From assembly GCF_037042905.1 (NCBI RefSeq), contig NC_087251.1:17114001-17178000 (forward strand): a stretch of DNA of 64,000 bases, in the 5' to 3' direction. This stretch comes from Lytechinus pictus (lineage: Eukaryota). The translations under genes and the position numbers were made by a program. This document shows, in pieces, positions 53,173 to 64,000 of this stretch. The notes below the pieces were generated by a model. The model did no database searches. It worked only from the letters and a program-made list of their open reading frames with translations, and was not told the DNA's origin. Each line of letters begins with the position of its first letter. Position 1 is the first letter of the stretch.

Positions 53173-54169
53173 TGTCAGGAAAGAAATTTAATTATAGAGT
53201 ATTTCAGTTGAGTTCAGACATGTGTTTAAAATATTCACTTGGTCCAGCTTATGGTAGGCCTATAGACAATTGTATATGTACATATGTTTTGAATGTTTCA
53301 AAAGCAAGCGTTGGGAACGTTTGATACACCCCCCCCTAGAGTCCAAGATCAGGTGGATGTCATATTTTGTTCAAGTGTTAGACATATTTCGTACTAGCTA
53401 AGCATCTTCATACAGGTGTCATAAATAGTTAATACTGTGCTTTAGCATTGAAGAATGTAGATGTACAGATGCACAGGAAGTCTTTTTGTTATTAAGAATG
53501 TGTTGCTTTATGCACTCATCTGCTATAAAAATTCTTTGAATTACGTTATAGAAATTTTACAGTTATTCCTAGTAACGGTAGGGTATATTAGGAGGTTAGT
53601 TTCAATAATTCAAGGAGAACCACCTAAGCTAGAATAGACTACAGACGTTCGTATAGGCAGTCTAAGTTATAACTGAAGGGACTACGTCGGTGACGAGATA
53701 ACGACCCCAGCTGCCACCGGTTCTCCACCGACATGTTTTCGTCAAAACTCATGTCATCATTGGGGGCTCGATCTCGTCCACTAATTCGTTGAAGCCACAT
53801 CTCTGATCTGGGGGTTACTCATCAAAGGGGCAACACAGTCTGCGGAGGCCGAGGCCGAGTGGAAGAGACATCGCTAGCTGCGGAGGCCAGGAACTGGACC
53901 GACCACCAGGGCCGAGTGGGGCATGTCAGGCCAGATGAGACGATGGGGGCTAGAGTCAACGATTACCGTTAAGTTAAGTTGTATTTTGTTTTATCCATGT
54001 ACATTTTCATGTACAAATTATTGTAAAACCATCAAAAGAGAACATCAGAAAGATTGAAGAGATATGATTAAATCTTTTTAATAACTGTATTTATCAGTTT
54101 CACGTATTCTTTTTTGGTGTCAAGCAGCAGTAAGTAAATAATTAAAAAAAAGTCACTTCCCACGTGACA
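53173..54169 (+). repeat. 3' LTR (997 bp)
   Basis: By eye it differs from the 5' LTR only by one T/C substitution (46729 vs 53236) and one C in a homopolymer. Confidence 0.97.
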
Positions 54170-55864
54170 TATGGGTGACATCATCAGTCCCCCATTTGCA
54201 TACAAACAAGGATGTGCATTAACTGTTTTGTGAAATTAAACGAAATTTAAAAATGTCATAACTTTCTTATTTTACATCAGATTTTTATGAACTTTTCACC
54301 AATGGATTGTTGTTTGTTGGGTTTTTCTCTTTTTATTCAAATTAATTTTTTGATGGAGTGGACTTGTGCTTTAATATTACACTGCAATATACAGTATGTT
54401 TATAATCCATATACGGTAGTTGCTATATTAAGTAACATCTATGCCTTTAAAATTTAGATCCTCATTGCTCACACTTTATATACATCTTTGAACAATATTT
54501 ATTTTCATTTATTCAAGGTCTCAAATGTGCATCTTAATTAAGTTTTTTTGTTTTTTCTGCTCCTTCATATTTGAGGGAAACACAACCATAAAATAACTGA
54601 TGTCTAAAATATTTATCCATTATTTGAAATGAATATGTATTATCAAATTAAAAAAAATAATTTCAGGCTTGTTAAGGAAAATTCTAAATCAAGCTTGTAA
54701 TCATGCATGATCTAAAAAAAAAAAATCATATTTTTTCTTGGACAACTTTATAAAGCAGCAAAAATACATGGGGACATTAATTGTGTACAATAGACAACAT
54801 GCATAAATTTTTACCTGTTTATTGAATGCATGGTTGATATTTCTTTGATCTGATCCATGAAAATGTTGCTATCATGTATGTCTTTCCAGAAATCTCTACA
54901 TAGGCCTTTAGTAATCAAGCCTCCAGGGACACCTTTTCTGAGCCAAAACTTGTCTGATATGAGGGTTATCATAAGGTACCGACTTTCTATGATATTTCCC
55001 TCCCACTTTGCACAGATCAAATTATCAAACATTTCTTAGGAGTGATCTTGACCTTTGACCCGTGACCTAATATGAGTAGGAAGGTCGTGGCTCAAATTGC
55101 TAAACCTGTCAATCAAACACTCAAAACAGGGTCAGAGTTCACAAAATCAAAACAATTGTGGATAAAAATCAAATACTAAATTGTACTCATGATTCTCTTA
55201 TCTATGTATCTGTCTCTATTTCAACACTTGAATTTAGTTAGATGTCAAATTACTTTGGAGACTGGCACCATATATGCGCTTTGGCCAAGACTGTTTGATA
55301 CACAAGGAGTCAAAGCAAATCAAATTTAAAGGCACATTATTATGCCAGTGGAAGTGGCATATTCCATCATAAATTGCTGGAATTAATTCTCTATATAACA
55401 TGGCTGATCAAATTTAAAGAAAGAATTACCCAAACTTTATCAATTTTTGTTTGTTATCATTCTGACTTTTCAAGTTCTACTTTTTTCATTTTGTGAGTAG
55501 GTCCTTACTAAATTTCAGTTTTAATCAAAAGGGAAAATTCACATTTAGAAAACCATGAACTTAATATCACGACACAAGTACCGTACAATTATTTCAATTA
55601 ATCTCCAGTACCAAACAATTATTTTATTATATTTTTTTTCACTTTGAATGGATGTAAGAAAAATTATAAAAATGATCATTATTACAGACAATGTTGTCAA
55701 TAATATGAAAAGATGTTAGATATTAGTTAGACAATGTTGACAATTTGGTAAAAATATCTGATATCCAATTTAATCAACAAATGAAAAAGATCGTTCACAG
55801 TATATTGCTGGCAAAGCAGACATTAGTCATATATTTTGACTTTACTGTGGAATGTTCTTTCTAA

Positions 55865-56053
55865 ATCTTAAATTTCTAACACCTCTGCCTAAACGAAACA
55901 CAATAGGTGGATGGGATATAATTCATCATTCTTTCAACCCAATGTTCTATTTTGACTTTACAGTGGTATTTTCTTTCTAAATATCAAATTTATAACACCC
56001 CTACCCAAAACACAATAGGCGGATTGGATATAATTCATCATTCTTTCTGCCCA
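55865..56053. repeat. Degenerate tandem duplication (~110-bp period)
   Basis: AAACACAATAGGYGGATKGGATATAATTCATCATTCTTTC occurs twice. Confidence 0.7.
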
Positions 56054-56821
56054 GAGTTCAAGGATATAGAGTTTTATTGCAACATCCATCATCTTAAATT
56101 GTCATCTTTACATCAAGTTTGGTATACCCATCACTTGGCAGAATCTTGGGTAGTTGTACTTTGCAAGTTCTTAGTTAGTTCAAGAGATACAGCACTCGCA
56201 TACCAAGCAATGAATAATCCAGGGTTGAAATTAATCATAGATTTCAGGGCTGTAGGATAAAAATGTAGATAATCCTTTTGGAAAAAAATTGGGGGAAAAT
56301 TTTAGGAAAAAAAATTGTCAAGACCTATGTGTTAAGGATATTAACATTACATACATAGCAAATATTTGGGATGAAATTGGGGCAAATCACACATTCGCAC
56401 GCAGGATACTGAATTAATGTGTTCAACTCAAATCTCACTGACCACCAATGTATAAAGTGTATTTGCATTCCAATATTTATAGGCCTACATGTACGTAGAT
56501 TATATTACTTTGGTACTCTTTCCAATTCTTACTTTTCTGCCATATATGGTATAACAAGAAACAGAAAGCACTGGAGACAAAGAGAATACTACACAACATA
56601 GTGTGGAAATGTGAATCCCGGTTCTGGCATCTTTAACCTTTGACCTTGAGTTAACTTGAAGGGGGGGGGGGGCACTTTACATTGGTGGTACAGCGACGTG
56701 CCGCTTTGATGACCCCCTTTTTCAGACCAAATTTTCAGTTCTCAAGATACTCTGAATGACAAAAGTTCCGTTCAGTAGCCTCCCTGCCCAGTTCACAAGA
56801 CCCCCGTTACGAACCATCTCA

Positions 56822-58249
56822 GGCCGTGTTTATGCTTCCATTTTTCAGGCAAGAATCAGCGTTTCCAAACGTGATTAGTCCAAAACACGGTTGCGTCCAT
56901 GCTTACTTTCATTTAAACGCTGTTTCAAAACGCCGATCGTAAACTCACAAAAAGGTGCGTTTGTAAACGTCGTTTGACCAGAATCAGGCTTTCTGGGGAA
57001 GTATAAACAGAACCACGATCGTAAACGTGTTTAAATGACGTCATTTGGTACATGCTTCCGGTGAGATGAAAATCCGCGGGCAAATACAGTCGCATTGCTC
57101 CATGGTCGAATGTTACCCCCACGGAATTACCTCTCATCTCCCTTTTCAAGATTCAAGATATATTTTATTCAATTTAGCAGCTACGAAGGCTGAATTGACA
57201 TTGAATTTACAATAAAAAACATATAAATTGCACATAAACATGAATAAAATCTCAATTACAATAATAATCTTAATTCAATTTAACCATAATAATTCAAATA
57301 TACAGTGATAATTCAAATTTACAAAAATAATGATTCTAATTTGCAATACTAATTTCGATTAACCATAATAATTTCAATGAACAATAATGATTCCAAAATA
57401 AGAGAAATGATAAGTTGAGTGTGTGTGTAAGGAAGCGTTTACAAGTAGAATATAAAGAGGAAAAAACGGTCCTGCTGAACAAAAAATCGAAAGGTTCAAC
57501 ACAATGGGAATAAAGATATATGGAAGGGGGGGGGGTACAAACCATCTTTCAGCAAATTATTATTAAAGTTTCAAAATAAATGGGGCATTGTTACAAAATA
57601 GGATAAAGGCATAATTGGTAAAATTGGCCATTGTTTCGTTCATCTGGTGTTTGGAATATAACGAAAATATAATTACTTGAACATACATAGGAAATTGATA
57701 ATATTCAACATGGATATAAAAAGGGTAATTAATACATGCGCAGTACTATTACTAGTATTACTCTTCCAATGTGTCATCACGATGAACGTTGATGGATTTA
57801 CACAAAAAAAAACCCGGAACATGAGTTATAATGAGGAGACATCGCCAGATGCCCCAGTAGCATAAACAACTTAATATTTTATTATTTTATATACTTAATA
57901 TTCTTTATTTTTTCTTATTATTATCCTCACCATGGTGGATTTATATGGCTATATCAAGAAGCTCCATGCAATGACTAAAATATCGGAAATTGTTCGATGT
58001 TTATATAACAGTCGACGTACCTTCCCATAACAACACTTGGGAAAAAAACTTTCGAAAAAGGGCGCGCCCAATTTGACCTCGCTTTCCTGCTCAACGAAAA
58101 TTACGATGCGAAGCCAGCTGGAGATCGTGATTTCGCCTCTGAAAAGTTAAGCATAAACAGCACTCACAGAACCACGTTTACGATCGGCGTTTTGAATCGA
58201 CGTTTGAAAACGCTGATTCTGTCCTCGCAATGGAAGCATAAACACACCC
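56822..58249 (-). mobile_element. PIF/Harbinger-like MITE copy A, interrupted at ~57145-57734
   Basis: TIR GGCCGTGTTTATGCTTCCA / TGGAAGCATAAACACACCC, 3-bp TSD TCA. Reverse complement of copy B (strand is relative to copy B). Confidence 0.88.
57145..57734 (-). mobile_element. Probable 3' end of a LINE/SINE inserted in MITE copy A
   Basis: Segment absent from copy B. It begins with the short tandem TTCAAGATTCAAGAT followed by TTTATT, which on - reads as AATAAA plus a microsatellite-like tail. Confidence 0.5.
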
Positions 58250-58511
58250 TCAGTTCCCCAGCCCTGCCAAAATTGTCCAGCACAAGCACGACGAAGCTAG
58301 ATGCGCACAGGGCTTCACAACTCCCTCCATACTAAGTAGACGCTAGCAGTTCCATGCATGGCTAGCGTTCTTTAGACCCACATTTTAGGGTTTCGCGCGG
58401 CACACCCCATCAAAATATAATTGTGAGTGCCCCCCCCCCCCCCCCCCGGGTTTGGTCCACCTTTAAAACTTGCCTTGTATATTAAACACATCATACTTTA
58501 TCATTGCTTCT

Positions 58512-59536
58512 GGGGTGTTTCATGAAGAGTTAAGTTGACTTTATTGTAGAGTCACACTTTAATGTTGATGCATGCGCACATGATACATGTTATTGTACCA
58601 GTATGTAATGCGCAATCTTATTGAATAGTACGCAGTAGTGCTTAGCATGATTTTACCAATGCAACTCTAAGGGTGTGTTTATGCTTCCATTGCGAGGACA
58701 GAATCAGCGTTTTCAAACGTCAATCGTAAACGTGGTTCTGGGAGTGCTGTTTATGCTTCACTTTTCAGCTCTAGGCAAAATCACGAACTCCAGCTGGCTT
58801 CGCGCTGTAATTTTCGTTGAGCAGGAAAGCGAGGTCAAATTGGGCGCGCCCTTTTTCGAAATTTTTTTTTCTGAGTGTTGTTATGGGAAGGTACGTCGAC
58901 TGTTATATAAACATCGAACAATTTCTGATATTTTAGTCATTGCATGGAGCTTCTTGCTATAGCCATATAATTTCCACCATGGTGAGGATAATAGGAAGAA
59001 AAAATAAAGAATATTAAGTATACAAAATAATGAAATATCAATTTGTTTATGCTACTGGGGCATCTGGCGATGTCTCCTCATTATAACTCATGTTCCGGGT
59101 TTTTTGGTGTAAATCCCTCAACGTTCATCGTGATGACAAATTGGAAGAGTAATACTAGTAATTGTACTACACATGCAAAACAAGGGATATGAGAGGTAAT
59201 TCCGTGGAGGTAACATGCGACCATGGAGCAATGCGACTGTATTTGCCCGCGGATTTTCATCTCACCGCAAGCATGTACCAAATGACGTCATTTAAACACG
59301 TTTACTATCGTGGTTCAGTTTATACTTCCCCAGAAAGCCTGATTCTGTTCAAACGACGTTTAAAAACGCACCTTTTTGGGAGTTTACGATCGGCGTTTTG
59401 AAACAGCATTTAAATTAAAGTAAGCATGGACGCAACCGTGTTTTGGACTAATCACGTTTGGAAACGCTGATTCTGGCCTGAAAAGTGGAAGCATAAACAC
59501 GGCCTAAGTCCCACTTATCTATTTGTGAAACACCCC
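58512..59536. mobile_element. Harbinger-like MITE hosting copy B
   Basis: TIR GGGGTGTTTCA / TGAAACACCCC with CTG-type flanks. Confidence 0.65.
58671..59504 (+). mobile_element. PIF/Harbinger-like MITE copy B (intact, 834 bp)
   Basis: TIR GGGTGTGTTTATGCTTCCA / TGGAAGCATAAACACGGCC, 3-bp TSD TAA. Confidence 0.9.
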
Positions 59537-60790
59537 CTGGTATTATATTGTTACCACACTGAAATCTATTAAAAAAGGTGATATATCTTTTTTTTTTTTA
59601 TGACGGTTAATCTACAGAAAATACATACATGTTCATATGAAAAGCATTTATCAATAAAGTTCATTGACTTTTTTTACCTTTGACCATAGTGGTATTTAAC
59701 CTATTTAAAAAAAAAAAATCTTGTTTATTTTTGTTTTTCACAAAATGTGTCTGAATTTATTGATCCTTGAATGTTCAGAGTACAAATTTGACCATAAGCT
59801 CAAAGAGGTTTCTGAACTTTAAAGGCAAATAATCAGGAGTTTACTTGCCATGAAGGTATTGAACTCTCCTATTAAATCTAGTAAATAGAATTTTATTCAA
59901 ACTAATTCTGCTCATTGCCTGACCGACATGTTTCTGTGAATGTGCTTCCTATAAATATCCTTCAATGTGCATTTAGATTTGAAGCAAATTATTGTGCCCT
60001 TAAATAGGCTCATGCCAATGAGGCAAGTTCTTTCATTTCATTGAGAGAAGCTGAGGTTCTATTCTTAGGGGTTTTCTTCAAGGAATGTCCCAAGTGATGA
60101 GATTGAAATACCTTGGCATTAAGTCTTTAGAGGGTAAACCATGAAGGAGCCAGGATTCCCTAAGTATCCCACACCTAACCATCTCTCACAATTAGATCTA
60201 GTTAGCTGGCTCGCTTGCGTGCCATGTGGCCATGCTGTGCAGGGTTGAGTCTGCGTACATCTGTTCTGGTTATCACCTCTCATACATGCAGTAAGACAAG
60301 ATGTCTTCGCACATTGCCTGGCTTAACCGTGACATACGAGATTCTTAATCTCTCCATAAACAAAAAGCGTAAAAAGTTAGGGAAGTTTCAGACACCCAGC
60401 CAGCTCATTCTCCGTGTCATTTCAGAAACATGAGAGGAAGTTTAGATTGAAGTCTCAAACCTCACAAGTTCTTGGCTTAAAACTCACTCTTTCAGATTCT
60501 TATAGCTTGCACGTACAGAGCTTGTAGATGGGTCACACTTTAATAGCTCCACATATTTATTTTTGAAAGCATACTATGCAGACAAATAAAATAAATAAGA
60601 ATACTAATTTTCATATCGAAGTTTAACTACTTTATTTACTTTTATCCGAGCACGTCATTATTGATTACCTCCTTATCCATTCTATGCAGAGTGCTTGGCT
60701 ATAATAAGGGCAACTTGATATCTTTGCTCTGACTTGGCTGTGGTCTGGGTTCTGGGGCTGACTGCAGAAAGAGATGGACAATAAAATCAC

Positions 60791-60852
60791 ACACAAGTCC
60801 CCAATTCATTTGCTGGGATTCGAAACCATGACCCTATGTTTGTAAAACAAAC
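60791..60852 (-). mobile_element. Degenerate tRNA-derived SINE head
   Basis: On -, an A-box-like TGGTTTAATGG and a B-box-like GGTTTCGAATCCC sit at tRNA-like spacing; no intact cloverleaf. Confidence 0.4.
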
Positions 60853-61046
60853 TCTAGATCCATTAAACCAAAGATGTTTTATGCTGGCTATGTGCTGTGA
60901 TTTTTTTCAACAATCAATGTATGGCATGATAGAGGCTATAGTTTGCCCAATACTGTTCTTGCTGTGAACATGTCAACCAGGTGCACACTAATTGAGTTAT
61001 TTGCACCTCCCATCCAAACAGGCACTACTCATGTCAATGCTCATCA

Positions 61047-61313
<267 letters not shown>

Positions 61314-62120
61314 CTAGAAAGATCAAAAAGAAGGACAAGATTAATAGAACTTGCACGCTATCTCAATTATACCTCTATCAACAAATTTGGCACAGTTTCA
61401 GGAAGAGTGCAACAGTGCATCTATCTTTCAATATGCACACACATCAACTAATAAGATTTTATCTTCCAGGTTATAACCCTGAGGTTTAAACTTTGAAGTA
61501 TTCAAAATCGTTCAGGGCTAAATTATTGTCTGTTTATAAGGCAATCATATAGAGTTATTATTTTTTTTAGTCAGCTCCTTGAACAATCAACTGACAAAAT
61601 AATGACTGACCGTTCTTAACACATTGGAGACTGAGCCTGCATGGAGCCTGTTGAATATGCATGATGTTATCGCATAATTAGCTAGTCTCCAGCAGACCAA
61701 CAGGTTAAAAAATACCGTCCACCTCTGTTGCTGAATGCAGTTGTGCCACCTGAGCCTGCATCACAAAACTTTAAATAGTGATTTAACATACATTTGATTT
61801 GTACCCTAAATGATCAATGTATGGTAACCACATCAGCCCTATGAACAATCAAACACGATGTACAAACATCATTCTGACCACTGTTCTATGACCACTGTTC
61901 CTATCAGTGTAAAAACTTTTTTCTCATTTATTTTAAGAAATTGATATTACATGTAGTCTGTAAACATGTTATGTTTTAAAAAAAATACCATCACTCGATG
62001 ATTCCAATTTCAAAAGTATTTTGACTGCTATATGTATATCATTTTTGAATGATTGATTTTTTTTAAATATTCTTGATGAAAATTTGAATTCAACTGTTTA
62101 TCAGATTTAGTAGCCTCTGT

Positions 62121-62260
62121 TATACCTCGGTCACATTTGCTCTATGGCGGCCATACGGCAAGTCGAAAACAGCCGTTTTATTCATTTTATTCCAATCACC
62201 TATGTAGCTGATACAAAAAATGTTAAAACGGCTGTTTTCGACTCGCCGTATGGTGATTCC
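62121..62260. mobile_element. Truncated palindromic MITE
   Basis: 30-bp inverted arms at 62151-62180 and 62224-62253 (29/30). Confidence 0.65.
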
Positions 62261-62399
62261 ATACGTGTCATTTAGAGAAAATTTGACAGTTTTTTGACAA
62301 GAAAAAGAAAAAATATTCCAGTAACTAAAGGTGATCATCAAGTACTACCAGAGTGTTAGGAAAACCAAGACTTAACATGACTTGAATTCACATCCTGTA

Positions 62400-63895
62400 T
62401 AATACAGATCGATCTAAAATAGTAATGTGTCGTACGGACGCAGAAAAAGTGGCTTTTTTAGAAACCTCAAGTTTGTACACTAAAGTCTGTGAGTTGGACA
62501 GATAATTTTCATAGAAACTGAACTCAAATTGATATTCAATTACCCAAGAACAAACACATCTATGAAAGAAAGCAAAATAAACATTCATGAATAAATAAAG
62601 CAAATTATCATTTTTGAGAACATTGTGGCGTACGGGACACTCAAAATGTGTCGAACGGGACATCTCTAAATTGAAGCCAAACTTTCTTACTTTATGTCTC
62701 TTTGACTTCTTCAATCACTTTATTTGGCTGATGATAATGATAATCATATCAAACTAAAGACATTCATTATGTTAGAAACCGCTATTGGCTGAATATTTCT
62801 GTCAATATATCATAAACAAAATAATGTGTCGTACGGGACACTTGTGTGTTGAACATGCACTTGCGTGTTGTACTGGACAGCCTGAATAAAACAATGAACT
62901 TTTTATCAATCAGAAGGGGAGCATTGCCCCTAAATTATTCCTTTTTAACGAAAAGCGTTTTAATAAGTAGTCATTCAGGAAAATATAATTAAGTAACCTC
63001 AATATATACAATCGGGAGCAATATATTATCATTTTTTTCATGACGGGAATGTACAATGGTTCACATCATTTTTACGAGCTGAAAAACTTGAGGTTTTGTG
63101 TGAAGTTGTATTTTAGTGAATTGTTGATTTCTAATACACTATTTAAACAATGAATGAATGAAACTGTTTGTGTAAATTATGGGGCTAAAATGTTATGATT
63201 TTTCATATATATACATGATATATGTCACAACTGTCACTTGTAATTCCACAAAATATTTTTTTTTCTAAAGAAATGCGATTCTACTTTTTCTAACCTTTCT
63301 GCATTTCATGAAACCATATGGTTTGTCTTATTTTCCAGATTTTTTTTTGAACAACACGGTTTGTCTTATTTTCCAGTTTTTTTTTTTACAACTTGAAAAA
63401 AGTAAGGAGTTTCAATATGGAATATAAAAAAAAATTAGTGAGCATCAAGGGAAGTCCAAATAGATGATTGATATGTAAATATTTTTTTTTTACATCTTAT
63501 AATAATTTCACATTAGCATGCAAGAGGAAGTACACTTCCAGGCTAGGGTGAATCAATTATAAAGGTTTTCTTTTCATGCTCAATGACAAAGAAATTAACC
63601 TGCTCTGACCAGTGAAAATCACCAGTTTAGCTGAATGGATTCACAAAAGAATACGCCTACATGAAGTCAATTAAAATGGTTAGAATCACCTATTTCATGT
63701 TCCATGGATATAAAAAAGTACTTTTACAGTTCACTTTATGTCAAATCAATTACTTAAATTAAAATAGGCTTACTATTTATAGTTTCTGAATCCAAATCTT
63801 GCAATCAAATGCAGTACATGTATATATTGTGTGTCGTACGGGAAATGTCCCGTACGACACACACTGTGTTGTACGGGACAACTTTTAACAGGACA
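62400..63895. mobile_element. Probable DNA transposon remnant with TGTGTCGTACGGGACA subterminal-type repeats
   Basis: Motif variants at about 62427, 62624, 62648, 62825, 62866, 63829 and 63866, plus an inverted copy at ~63846. Termini not identified. Confidence 0.5.
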
Positions 63896-64000
63896 ATTAT
63901 TGAAAAATGAATGGCAGTAATTAGATCCTTTATGGGATAAATCGATCACCCATGGGTCAAAGATAGAGAAACTGATATTGTGAAATTGCATCATCAAAAA

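Larger units (their letters stand above)
46666..54169 (+). mobile_element. Gypsy LTR retrotransposon, Gmr1-like domain order, RT/RNase H-deficient
   Basis: Two ~1 kb LTRs with TG...CA ends, 5-bp TSD TATGG (46661-46665, 54170-54174), PBS, PPT and one long gag-pro-int ORF. Confidence 0.96.
46271..54370. mobile_element. TTAA-targeting (Kolobok-like) MITE split by the LTR retrotransposon (own sequence 46271-46665 and 54170-54370)
   Basis: TTAA flanks (46267-46270, 54371-54374); TIR AGGTCAAGTCCAC / GTGGACTTGTGCT. A related right end occurs at ~21803. Confidence 0.8.
56660..58450. mobile_element. (G)nCACT...GAGTG(C)nGGG element, same terminal type as 40754-41293, hosting nested insertions
   Basis: Left (G)nCACTTT...CGTGCCGC, right GCGGCACACC...GAGTG(C)nGGG. 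Confidence 0.7.

Noticed and set aside
56925..59401. Near-identical short ORFs (56925-57149 on -, 59162-59401 on +) resembling a duplicated gene
   Set aside because: Same MITE sequence in two inverted copies; no coding hallmarks.

Overview
AT-rich, intron-rich animal genomic DNA. The repeat landscape (G/C-run MITEs, TTAA elements, ATC microsatellites) suggests an invertebrate deuterostome such as a sea urchin, but that is inference only. Two host genes are arranged tail-to-tail. The first is the 3' five coding exons of a clan-2 (CYP2-like) cytochrome P450 on + (10502-13951); I could not find its 5' exons in the window. The second is the last four coding exons of an LRRC57 orthologue on - (61313 down to 32714); its first exon probably lies beyond the window. 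The LRRC57 introns hold many nested non-autonomous DNA transposons (hAT-, PIF/Harbinger- and TTAA/Kolobok-like). The highlight is a very young 7.5 kb Gypsy LTR retrotransposon (46666-54169). It has near-identical ~1 kb LTRs, a 5-bp TSD, a tRNA-Gln PBS and a PPT. Its single intact ORF has the Gmr1-like order Gag(SCAN-like, CCHC)-PR-IN-RT, but RT is a short degenerate stub with no YxDD and no RNase H. It therefore looks like a recently mobile, RT-less non-autonomous lineage. No prokaryotic features, CRISPR arrays or rRNA/tRNA genes were found.
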